64,000 nucleotides of DNA, from the NCBI GenBank assembly GCA_907165135.1, contig OU015568.1, positions 8,122,001-8,186,000 of the forward strand. The letters run 5' to 3'. Origin of the DNA: Oikopleura dioica (lineage: Eukaryota; Animalia; Chordata). This document shows, in pieces, positions 51,001 through 60,881 of this stretch; positions within the stretch are counted from its first letter, which is position 1; each line of letters opens with the position of its first letter. Below the pieces are notes generated by a model, which saw only the letters and a program-made list of their open reading frames with translations, was not told where the DNA came from and ran no database searches. The translations under genes and the position numbers were made by a program.

Positions 51001-51112
51001 TCATTCTTGCGACAAGTGTCTTTTATGGTAAAAATTCTGCAACAATCAACCGGTCTTCAAAAATATTCAGAACATCAACAAAATCCTCAAAATCGACAAG
51101 CTAGAAAAATGA
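48077..51112 (+). CDS. Three DHX9-type dsRBDs followed by an ILF3/ZFR-type DZF domain (frame break near 49550)
   Basis: EIKAWLFEWCTQKKLKPEY..KNKKEAQ (DHX9 dsRBD1-like); NGGWSAENARRRLNEF..SNKKTANAQCALNMVRELF and NGNWTLELARSRLSEF..NKKSAQKKCALSMVIQLY (two dsRBD2-like); then DDRHL, ELVISCQEKPTIKLL, CLEALAALRR, QQREDIT (DZF). Confidence 0.8.
50177..50409. other. Tandem array of four inverted repeats filling most of a DZF-gene intron
   Basis: Stems at 50177-50244 (17 bp, 1 bulge), 50268-50308 (7 bp plus extension), 50311-50365 (14 bp perfect) and 50377-50409 (8 bp plus extension). Confidence 0.7.
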
Positions 51113-51341
51113 ATCCTGACTGCCGTTAAAATGAACCTCGGCCCAACTTCCCTTTATGATTTACCTTTATTGATCCTTTATTGTTATCAGCTTCTATTCG
51201 CACTGTCCGAATTTCCAATAAAAATTCCTCAAGTTCAAATGGCGAATGTCTTTTTTTGAAGGGTTGAAAAGTTTATTTTTCTAGAACATCGACTTCGATT
51301 TTCGCAAAAATGACAAACAAATCAGTTTCAAAGGTGCAAAA

Positions 51342-52619
51342 ATGGTGGAAGGCCAAGGTATTGGAAAAATAAAGTCGCTACAATTAATTTTAGGTAGAAT
51401 TTTTTATTTTACTTTTTGATCTAATTTAACATTTTAGCCCCTGTTACAACGTTATTGGCAACAACTAATGGTTCCGATCGAGTGACTCCAAGACTGAGTC
51501 GCAGATCGTTAGCCATTCCGTTAAGAGATACTCAAGTTTCCGCTTCCACACAGGTAAAAATTCCCCTTGACTTTCAAATCGCTAATAATCCGATTTCAGA
51601 CAGAGCCTAAGCATGCAAACTGCCGTCAAGTCATCGCCAAAACCGAAAAGAAATTCGGCGAGACGCCCCCATCCTCAAAACTTCCGCGAGAGATCTGGAA
51701 GTGGCTCCAAAACATGAGTCTCCGAAAGAACATCAAAAACGTCATCAGAGATTTCAGCAATGGCTACGCTTTCGCTGAGATTCTTGGTCATTATTATCCA
51801 GAGGTAAGCTAACGCAAAACAATTCTAGAGACGATCCTCATCCTCAATTTAGGTCGTGTCGATTGAACAGTACCGCGATGGCGATAGTTTTCCGAGCAAA
51901 CAGGCAAACTGGCATCAGCTTGAGCTCTCATTTAAGAAGATATTTGGAAAGAAACAATCTCGAAGTGAGATGGTAAGTCGCCTTTTTTGATTTGTGACAT
52001 TTCTGGGTCAAGAATAAGTCTTATTCAATAAGATAATGAACGCTTCTATCTAATTGGCTGAAATAGCCGATAGATTAGAAGAACTAGCTACTTACATCTT
52101 ATGGCATTTAAAATTGATTTTAGCTGAAACAAATGACTGAAATGACGATTCATGAAAAGCCTGGTGCGCCTCAACAGTTGATCTTTTACCTCTACGAAAT
52201 CCTTACTGCGAAAAAAGTCAACTGGATGCCTGGAGAATATCCCGAAAATTACACCGATGATAAATATCAAGCGTAAGTCCTCATTGATCAAAACTTCCAC
52301 TAATCTCTTGCTGTAGGTTACTGCCGTTTCATGCTCGACACACGGCTTCGACAGCTATAAAAACAAACTTGAAGATAACAGAAGAAAAAACGTGTCCAAA
52401 TATTAATAGTGAACGGGAAAAGACGGAAAGGATCCTTGACCGACACAGAAATTGGAAGTCTGGAGAAAAGAAGTCGCAGCCAATTGTAAGTCAATTAAAA
52501 ACTTTCACTATTTTCATCGAAATTTCTAGCGCTTTGAAAAAAGGCCGACTCTTTGTGAACTCGCCGAGCGCGTAGTTCCGCCTCCTTCTCAAGATCGTCA
52601 AAAAGCCAATACTAAATAG
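51342..52619 (+). CDS. SPATA4: SPATA4 / SPEF1-family calponin-homology protein
   Basis: LPREIWKWLQNMSL..KNVIRDFSNGYAFAEILGHYYP, KQANWHQLE, KPGA, YQA-LLPFHARHTASTAIK, RFEKRPTLCELA; start exon tentative. Confidence 0.78.
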
Positions 52620-52713
52620 ACATGTTTCTGTATAAATATTTATTAAAAAGAAATTTCTCTGTCTGTATATCCTCATCATTCAGTATTACAGCTATTCTGT
52701 ATGTTCAATATAT

Positions 52714-54567
52714 TTAGCTCAACTTGAGATTGTTCTTCACGTATTTCACTTCTTGCGTTTTTTCTTTGAGTGGCTGGCGGGTGCCAGTATTGCTGTCCCA
52801 GATTTTGGGCGCAGAGTGTTGTTGGAAAACGCGGAGCAGAGAGGTTTCTTTCTGTTCGGCGATGAAGGCGCCGGGGAAGTGTTTTTGGAGGTATTTTTCG
52901 ACTCTTCGGTTCACTAGAGAAATTTCAGTTGCTTTGGGTTCCAATTTTTATGTACCTAAAGTGACGATAGTCATAGAAAAAGAAATCCCAAAAATCATCC
53001 AAAAGAAAATCAGCACTCTATAAAGAGTGAAGATCTTCTCGACATGCGGTGGCCAAGTAGTCATATTGCAGGCAATAGGCATGCCAGTTTCTTGGTTTGT
53101 CGGGCCGCTCTGTGGCGATGGATTTGTTAGTGCTAATAGAAAGTTAAGTTCAAAGTGAAAGGCTAAACCAATTGTAATTAATTCATGTTCGAACTTTCTT
53201 TTTTTCTACCTCTGAGGCACCATTGTTGATTGAAGATGTAATCTGCAGCAAAGTCGGGCGGGACCATTCGCGGAATGTAGTCACCAAAACCGATCTTTGT
53301 TATTGTGATGATCGAGAAATATGCCGAATCTGAAACGATGCAATAATCATCAAGCCTTGCCACTTGTGAAAACGAACCTAGATAGGTCCAACCTTCCATG
53401 TATCGAAAGAGAAAGGATGGTAAGACGACGAACAAACATATGCCGCTCGTAAAATATAGTAGCATAATTGTTCGTTTGTGAAAAACGCGCTCGATGAAGT
53501 CCTTTTTCGCATAGTTTGAGCTTCGTTTCTTGATCCATTTCTGCAGTTTAATGATTCCCTTGTCAACTGAGCGCATTTTTGGATACGAGCTATTTGCTCT
53601 TTATACCTTGTTTATTAATTTTGCTGCAGAGAATACCAAAAAGCGGGATGCTGATGCCCGCAACAAACATAGTCAAGATCTTGCCGCGTTGCGTTTTCGG
53701 AGTGACATTTCCGAACCCAATCGTGGTTGCCACTGAGCCGACATAGACGAATGTTTGGTCGAAGGACCACTTTTCTCCCTCGAAGCAATTATAGATCATA
53801 TTTGGGTAGGACTCGAAGCTCAACATAACCACATCACTTAAATTTTATTTTATCAACTTCTTTCTAAATATAAAGAAGCGCATCTTGTTTTTTTATCAGG
53901 TCACGGTGTTTTACTGACTTTGACCCAAGTTTAGCTCGATTCCTCTTTCTCAGTAACAAATTTTTGATGAGAGAGGCTGTTAGCCGACCCATCTCATTTT
54001 CTATTTATAATTACTTTCAGCAGGCTCAAGGCCCTTTATAGCCAATAACAAAATTGTCGATGTTATTAACCTTTGTTACTTACGTAAGAAGGTTTTTAAT
54101 ATAAGTCCCGGAAAGGTTGAATTCTTCATCTCTGAACAAGCTCAAATTCGTCGGCCGAAGCGCTTTTGACCATTCCTTGCCCTGAAAATCGACAATTTTC
54201 CCTTTTTCAAACCCTTTTCTACCCATTGACGATTGAGTTTTCTTTTGCGAGCTTCCATATTGAGCTGGTTAATTGCATCTTCAGTGCAATTTTGCTTCAC
54301 TAGTGCGGTAAAACCTTCCTTCAAAAAGGCCAAAGAGAATTTTTTCCCAGACTGAAGCCGCTTTTCAAGCACGTTGCAAAGTCGCTTGTTGTAGCCGAAT
54401 TCGTAGAAACTGCTGATTGCCAGTTCTCGTTTGTATTTCACCACTTTTTCTCTCGACTCCCTGCATAATTTTTCCTCGGCTTCTCGTTCGGTCAATTGGA
54501 ATATTCGCGTAAGTCCAAGGAGATAAGCTCTTAAACTGTGTTTCAACTTGTCATATTCTTGACTCAC
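52714..54567 (-). CDS. Two-pore-domain (K2P) potassium channel with atypical second filter
   Basis: M1 YLLGLTRIFQLTE; P1 WSFDQTFVYVGSVATTIGFGNVTPKT; P2 EGWTYL-DSAYFSIITITKIGFGDYIP; M4 YRVLIFFWMIFGISF. Confidence 0.88.
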
Positions 54568-54875
54568 ATGTAAATGAGAAAAAGATAGAAGGTTTTCATC
54601 TCTCTTTTGAAAACGAGTAAAAAATAAATAATAAAAGAAGAGAGAGAGAAGCGAGTTCCAAAGCGTATCGTTCTCGTACAGTCGGGATTCTAATTCAAAT
54701 AGCGCCCTATTCGAAGCAAATTAATCGAGATGCTCTTTCTGGTGACAACTGTTAACCGCTCTATATTCTATTACGTGAATATTTCATTCCCATAACCAGA
54801 GAAAAGGAGCGTTAATCAAGTGGTAATAAAGTTCAAGCAACAGTATTTAGAAACGGACACTGTCGACAACAGTAG

Positions 54876-55813
54876 ATGAAATTGTACTGTTCGGATATTC
54901 ATGAGGAGGTGGAGGATGATATAGCAACCTGTGCAAAAGAAGGGGAGTACTCGATTTTCCAACTCAAATTCCTCCAACCTTTTTTGACGAATGAAAAAGA
55001 CGCCGACGACGATTTGATTAAAATTACAAAATATCAACTGCCATTTCTCCCAGGAAAATTAGCAATCGACGATGTCGGATTTCAGATCTGGCGTGCGAGT
55101 TTTTTCCTCAGGTAAGAAGAATCAGAAATCGATTGACAGGTTGATTACTGTCGTGTAGTGAGTATTTGCTGGATCATCCGCAGATGTTGAAGGGGAAATG
55201 TGTCGTTGAGCTGGGGGCGGGATCAGCTTTGCCGAGCATGATCGCTCGTCATTATAGCGAAGAAGTGATGGCCACAGATCTGGATCATGTTCTAAAAGTG
55301 ACGAGAAAATCGATAGAACTTAACCACGAAGCTCTGAATGTGCTGAAGCCTGTCCTCGTGTCAAAATGCTCCTGGGATGATCCGAATGGTAGATTATTAA
55401 GCAGTCGTTTTGACGGTAATAACCTTATTCTACCCACTCAGTCGTGAATAATCCGTTAAGTTTGTATCGCCGCGGATGTGTGCTACAGCCATTTGACAAC
55501 AATGAAATTTTTTCGGATGATAAAAAAGCTCCTGCATTCGGGAACACGAAGAATTTTAGTCTCTCTTGAAGAGCGACCGAACTTCATGACTGACACAATG
55601 TCCGTGGAATCGACCGAGAGAGATCGCTTCCTAAAACATATTGCTCATCTTCAACAAACTTATCCCATTACCTGCCAATTTGTTCCTACATCTTCTGTTA
55701 GTCAATATTTCCTGTATGAGCGGACAGATAGATTAGCTGTCTACGATATTAAAGTAAATATGGGATGCTCTATCACACACAGAGCGAATGAATTATATAA
55801 TTCCGAAGAATAA
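54876..55813 (+). CDS. METTL22: METTL22-like protein lysine methyltransferase
   Basis: DDVGFQIWRASFFL-SEYLL, VVELGAGSAL (motif I), VMATD, SLEERPNF, YFLYERTDRL. Confidence 0.75.
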
Positions 55814-55871
55814 AACTACGTTTAAAACGTTAACGATTTCTTTTTTAAGACTTTATTGTAGAAGTCGTAAG

Positions 55872-57513
55872 ATGGAAGATATCAAGATTCTAAGCCGCAA
55901 TCCATCACACTATAAGCGAGAAACAAAGACAGAGCTTCACCCAGTCCACAGAAATATTTCTAAAAACAGCAATCCGTTGGAGACAGTCAGAGAGTACCAG
56001 AGAGCGTTAAATGCACAGAAGTTGGAGAGAGTCATGGCCAAGCCGTTTGTTGGCGCATTGGAGGGACATACTGGTCAGTTTCGCCATTTCTGATCTTTTT
56101 AAACTGTAAGTGCTTCAGATGGTGTGTCAATTATCGCGCGACACCCAGCAAAATTGAACGTCCTCTGGAGCGGAGCGCAAGACGGCCAAATCAGAAAGTG
56201 GTCACTGACAAGCCGGAAGACAACGAGGAAAATCCAAGCTCACGATGGCTGGGTTCGCGGCCTCGCAGTTTCAAAAACGGACAAGATTGTAACAGTTGGT
56301 GTTGACAAGCAAATCAAACTTTGGAATGGAGATGAATTCTCTGAGGCGCCAGAGATTGCGACAATTATCGGAAAATCGCCATTTACGTCGTGTGATTTTG
56401 CTCTAGGTCCGTTGAAGTCAATAACAACTTTAGTAACTTAAGTAAATTCTAACAGAAATCGATGATTTTCACCGGGTAAAAGACGAAAGTTCGAAATTCC
56501 TCACCAGCTCCTCTGTCGTCGAATATTGGGACTCGACCAGATCCGACCCTATTCGCAGATGGCAATGGGGCCATGACAGTTACAACAGAGTAAAATTCAA
56601 CCCAGTAGAAACTGATCTTGCTTGCACGACAGTGTCAGGTTCGATTCCCGTTTTTATACATATTTAACCTTGATTATCTTGATAGATAAATCTGTCGTTC
56701 TATACGATGTTCGAGCAGACGAACCGATGAAGAAAATGAAATTGGACATGCAAAGTAATGGAATTTCTTGGAACCCGCAGCAAGCCATGCTGTTTACAGT
56801 TGCTAATGAAGATAACAATCTGTATACTTTCGATATTCGTAATGTAAGCCAAAGAATATGAGCCAAGCTCAGTGTCTGGCAGACTCTGACTCACGCCCAT
56901 TATTTTTTACTTGTTTCTAGACTTAACCTTTTTCTTAGCTTTCTGAAGCCTTTTCCATTCACGTGGACCATACCGACGCCGTTTTGGATGTCGATTGGTC
57001 TCCAACTGGCAGAGAGCTTGTATCAGCAAGTTATGATCGAACCGTGAGAATATTCCAACAAGGGAAAAATAGAAGCAGAGAATGTTATCACATCAAGCGG
57101 ATGCAGCGCGTCTTCTCGTGTGCCTTCTCAGGTGATGCGCAGTATCTCATGTGTGGCTCGGATGAAGGAAACATTCGTCTTTGGAAGACGGTGGCTTGGG
57201 CGAAGACTGGAGTTCTTAACTTCAGACAGAGACAATCATTGCAGTACTCAGAAGCGCTCAAGAAGAAATTTGCTCATCACAACGTAAGTTACCGAAAAAG
57301 GGTTCATTTTAAATGCTACTCTTTCTGTAGGATGTGCGCCGAATCGCTCGCCATCGTCACCTGCCAAAGACGATTTACAAGGAGCGAATGAAGATGCAGA
57401 CGATGATCAGCAGCAGAAAGCGAAAAGAACGAAACTTGCAAGCGCACTCGAAGCCAGGAGCTGTCGAGATCAAAGGAATGGCCGAACGAGTTGTGGAAGA
57501 GACTACGGAATAA
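55872..57513 (+). CDS. DCAF13: DDB1- and CUL4-associated factor 13 (Sof1, SSU processome WD40 protein)
   Basis: IKILSRNPSHYKRET..REYQRALNAQKLERVMAKPF, DHTDAVLDVDWSPTGRELVSASYDRTVRIF, YHIKRMQRVF, GSDEGNIRLWK. Confidence 0.95.
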
Positions 57514-57579
57514 ATTCTGCGCTCAACACTCTGACACTCATTATGTGGAATTTGAAGTAAAATTCGTTGATTTTAGAAA

Positions 57580-58563
57580 ATGAGCCAAGCGCAAGAAACT
57601 TCGGAATCGGAAACACCCGGGCCTTCGGAGCCGAGAGAGCATACCTTGAGGGAATGGCGGGAAGAACGCACCACTTTGTACTTTGGCGATGTCGTTCTGG
57701 CGAGAAACGGAAGATCCAGCCAATCCATTTGGTGGATCGCCAGAATCGACTTCGTCAATCCCGAGCTGTGTCCGACAAGGAAGCAGAAACGCACTCCAAA
57801 TCTGGGAAATGCCTTGGGAACACAAGCTTACGACTGGGACTTCAAGTAAGATTTCACTTTCCTTTTCTAAATTTAATCTATCGTTTATCTCAGGTGGCCT
57901 GTGTTCTTCTACGGAACACACGAAACAACGTGGCTTTCAGAGAGAGACCAGTTGCAAAGATTGGTGAGACAAGACCAAATTCCCGAGTTCAATCGTGCTT
58001 GGCAATACTCAAGCAGTCAATACGAAAAAGCCCTCTTCGAGTGGTATACCGACCCATGGATTTGCCAAGAGACATGGGGCGACGTTAAAGGCACCAAATT
58101 CAACACTCCAGTATTGAGAGGATGGTTAGCCGAAGAAAAGCCTCATTGTGACGTTATCCCGAATTACTGGCTCCCCAATATCCGACGTAATAATCTCTTT
58201 TGTAGAATTTTCTTTCTAATGCAATTTTAGGGGTAAAAAAAGAGCAAGTCAACGTCGTTGAGGAGGACAAAGAAAAGGACGCGATTCAGAGGGAATACAA
58301 ACAGGCGCTTTTCAAAGTCAAAGATATGTATTAGTGTCCGGATTTCCACCTGTGTGAAAGTCCTCCACCTATCATTTCCGAGTCCTCCGACTCTCTCACA
58401 CCGAGCCTGCCGCGTGAATCTTCCTTGACCGCGGATTGGCCCCCGCCCGCCTACGCTCTCAAGATACCCACTGCCAGCGACGCCGATTTCTTCACTCATC
58501 CACGCACCTTCGCAAGAAGCGGAGCTCCCTGCTTTTTATCGGCGAAATGCCACTGTACTTAGA
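57580..58563 (+). CDS. HDGF/LEDGF-type PWWP-domain protein
   Basis: GDVVLARNGRSSQSIWWIARID..WPVFFYGTHETTWL resembles GDL.FAKMKGYPHWPARID..IFFFGTHETAFL; last exon joins tentative; AATAAA at 58587. Confidence 0.72.
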
Positions 58564-58620
58564 GACCAAATACAGAAGCTGTGCATAATAAAGAGATTAC
58601 CGCGGGTTAGAACCCTACTA

Positions 58621-58764
58621 TGTTATTATTGAGTAAAAAGAGACCGATTTAAGGGACGGTCATTAATGTTAGTGATGCTAGTTTTATATTCCTCGGCAAA
58701 GGGCGAGTAGCTCTACCCGGTAACGGCACAATATTCTAGCTCCCCGGTTATGCGGACACTAACA
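58621..58764 (+). repeat. Putative 5' LTR (144 bp)
   Basis: Begins TGTTA and ends TAACA (5-bp terminal inverted repeat), followed 2 nt later by a PBS. The partner LTR lies outside the window. Confidence 0.75.
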
Positions 58765-58766
58765 AA

Positions 58767-58776
58767 TGGTGTCAGA
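58767..58776 (+). promoter_or_regulatory. Primer-binding site TGGTGTCAGA
   Basis: Complementary to a tRNA 3' end UCUGACACCA, as in vertebrate tRNA-Leu(CAA); the host tRNA was not checked. Confidence 0.7.
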
Positions 58777-59565
58777 TACCTGGTCATTTTCAAATCTCCG
58801 GATTTGGAAGTTTCCTCGACTGACCCTACCCTTAATCTACTCTTAACTCACAGTAACCTAGTACCGGAAGTTCAGCCCATAGGAAACGCACCACGTGAGC
58901 TCTCCAAAGGTAAGTCCATCCAGAACGAAATTTTTTTCCAAAAAATGAAATTACATCCGCGGCCCCAGTCCAACCAATCAGAACGCCTGAAAGACACTGC
59001 CCCCACGTGCGAGCTAGCTAGTAGTGTTATGCGGTTAGCGAACACTGGCGAAATACTCAGGCGATTAGGACCCCTAGCCGCACGTGAATTTCCCTCTCGT
59101 CCAATCAGCGACCAGTATTTCCAAATTGGCCAATCACGACCCGGTAATCCCCAACTAAGCTAGAAATGCCTATTTTCATGCTGAACAGCCCAGAATCAAG
59201 CCGAAAAGGCGAAATAACCGCGTATAATCGACACGAGCTTAAATTTTTCGAAATTTTTCAAAATTAATTTGAGGAAAGGGATTTTTTCTCAATAAATCTA
59301 AATTTAACAATTCTTTTCTAGTAAACATTGACATAAGCCCTCGGTACACGCAAACACGCCTATTTTCCGCGGATTCGGAATAAAAATATTCCTGCTGAAG
59401 GCAGTGAAAGCTATTCTACGTTACAGTTGCCCGATTATACCTAGATATGCCCAATTTTAAACGAATTTACCCGCTGGGGGACAAAATATTAATACGTTCT
59501 GGGGGACGAAAATTTTTCGGATCAATGGAGACTCACGTGAAAAGCTTCTACTAGAATAGATAAAA

Positions 59566-60852
59566 ATGAGCCCGTACACAGAGTCAAAGTCGACACCTCT
59601 GGTACCCTCTCTGCTGTCTACGTCTACGATGTCTACTACTACTACAACCGCAGAAGAATTTCGAATGAAATTGTGCGAAGTCAAACTTCTCCGGACGCAG
59701 ATTCAGCGCTTCACCGTCGCACCCGAAGAATCCGATCCGCAACACGCGCACTATCAAGCGCTCAAAAACGATCTGAAAGCTGCCGAAGATGCAGTGATCG
59801 AATATAACCTGGCTAACCCCACCGCGGACGTCAAGCCCGAAATAGTCCACGCTCCCATGTCCAACGAAAACGCATTTCGGGAGGCCTCCCTCATGACAAG
59901 CTACATTACAAGCTTGAAGTTCAGCGGACGCTCTGATGAGGACTGCAGCAATCTCCTCACCAAAATCAAGGCTATTAGCCGAGCTTGCCCTTCAATCTCC
60001 TTCATGGAAATTTGGAACGCCGTGCAACCGTGCTTGCCCGCTTCCATCATACGAACACTCGCTGGTAAAACCATCACGACTAGCGACGAGCTAAAAGAAG
60101 CAATAACCGCGACATATGGAAGCCACTCAAATATCTTCCAACGGCTCGAAGAATTTTTCTCCAAGAGAAAGAGCTACAAAACCAGCTTCCCTCAATACCA
60201 ATCTGAGCTTGAAGCATCGCTCGCCTCTATCGCTACTATTCATAAGGAGTGGTTGAGGCGTCGAGCTTCACTTTCACGAAATGGTAGCGAGGAGCAAAAG
60301 GTTTTCGCTCCTTCTTACGATGATTGCCTAGAATTAATAAATTTCCTGAAGATCCTGACTGAAGTGCGCACACAAGACGAGTCCCTCTTCAGAGCGATCT
60401 CAATCGAGCTCACCTCAATTACCTCCCCTGCCCAGTTGGCGACACGTGCGGAGCAAATTCGACAGCAAGTTCATTCCAACAGCGGATTCAATGCAGCTCA
60501 CCGCGGTAGTCCTCGAGATAGTCCTCGAAACAGCCGTCCCGGCAGCAGCGACCGCAGAAAGAAGAACAAAAACGCAGATAAGGGCGACAAAGACGACAAA
60601 AACGCCAACAATTCCAAAAAGCGTGGCGATAAAGACAAAAAATCGAATGGCAGCCGCAGAAGCCACGTCGGCTCCAAGCCATCGAAATCCCAGCAGCAGT
60701 ATGGCGCCCACTACTCAAGCTGCAACCAAGAAATTCCCTCCGACGAAGAGGACGGAAGCTACCAGCTCCGAGACCCTACTCAAGTAGAAGATGAATACTT
60801 CTCTGACGCATCCGAGGCTTCTGCGTACTCCGATGCTACGTCAAAAAACTAA
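59566..60852 (+). CDS. gag: Gag-like ORF (428 aa) with basic C-terminal region and no CCHC knuckle
   Basis: Long ORF between PBS/leader and pol; Lys/Arg/Ser-rich tail. Confidence 0.85.
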   Translation: MSPYTESKSTPLVPSLLSTSTMSTTTTTAEEFRMKLCEVKLLRTQIQRFTVAPEESDPQHAHYQALKNDLKAAEDAVIEYNLANPTADVKPEIVHAPMSNENAFREASLMTSYITSLKFSGRSDEDCSNLLTKIKAISRACPSISFMEIWNAVQPCLPASIIRTLAGKTITTSDELKEAITATYGSHSNIFQRLEEFFSKRKSYKTSFPQYQSELEASLASIATIHKEWLRRRASLSRNGSEEQKVFAPSYDDCLELINFLKILTEVRTQDESLFRAISIELTSITSPAQLATRAEQIRQQVHSNSGFNAAHRGSPRDSPRNSRPGSSDRRKKNKNADKGDKDDKNANNSKKRGDKDKKSNGSRRSHVGSKPSKSQQQYGAHYSSCNQEIPSDEEDGSYQLRDPTQVEDEYFSDASEASAYSDATSKN

Positions 60853-60881
60853 ACTTCACCGGTGAAGGACCACCGTCCGGT
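60843..60881 (+). promoter_or_regulatory. -1 programmed ribosomal frameshift signal
   Basis: Slippery heptamer A-AAA-AAC directly before the gag stop, followed by CTTCACCGGTGAAG (palindrome) and ACCGG...CCGGT / GGAC...GTCC stems. Confidence 0.8.

Noticed and set aside
58750-59163. Leader ORF as an env gene
   Set aside because: Too short, and no signal peptide or transmembrane segment.
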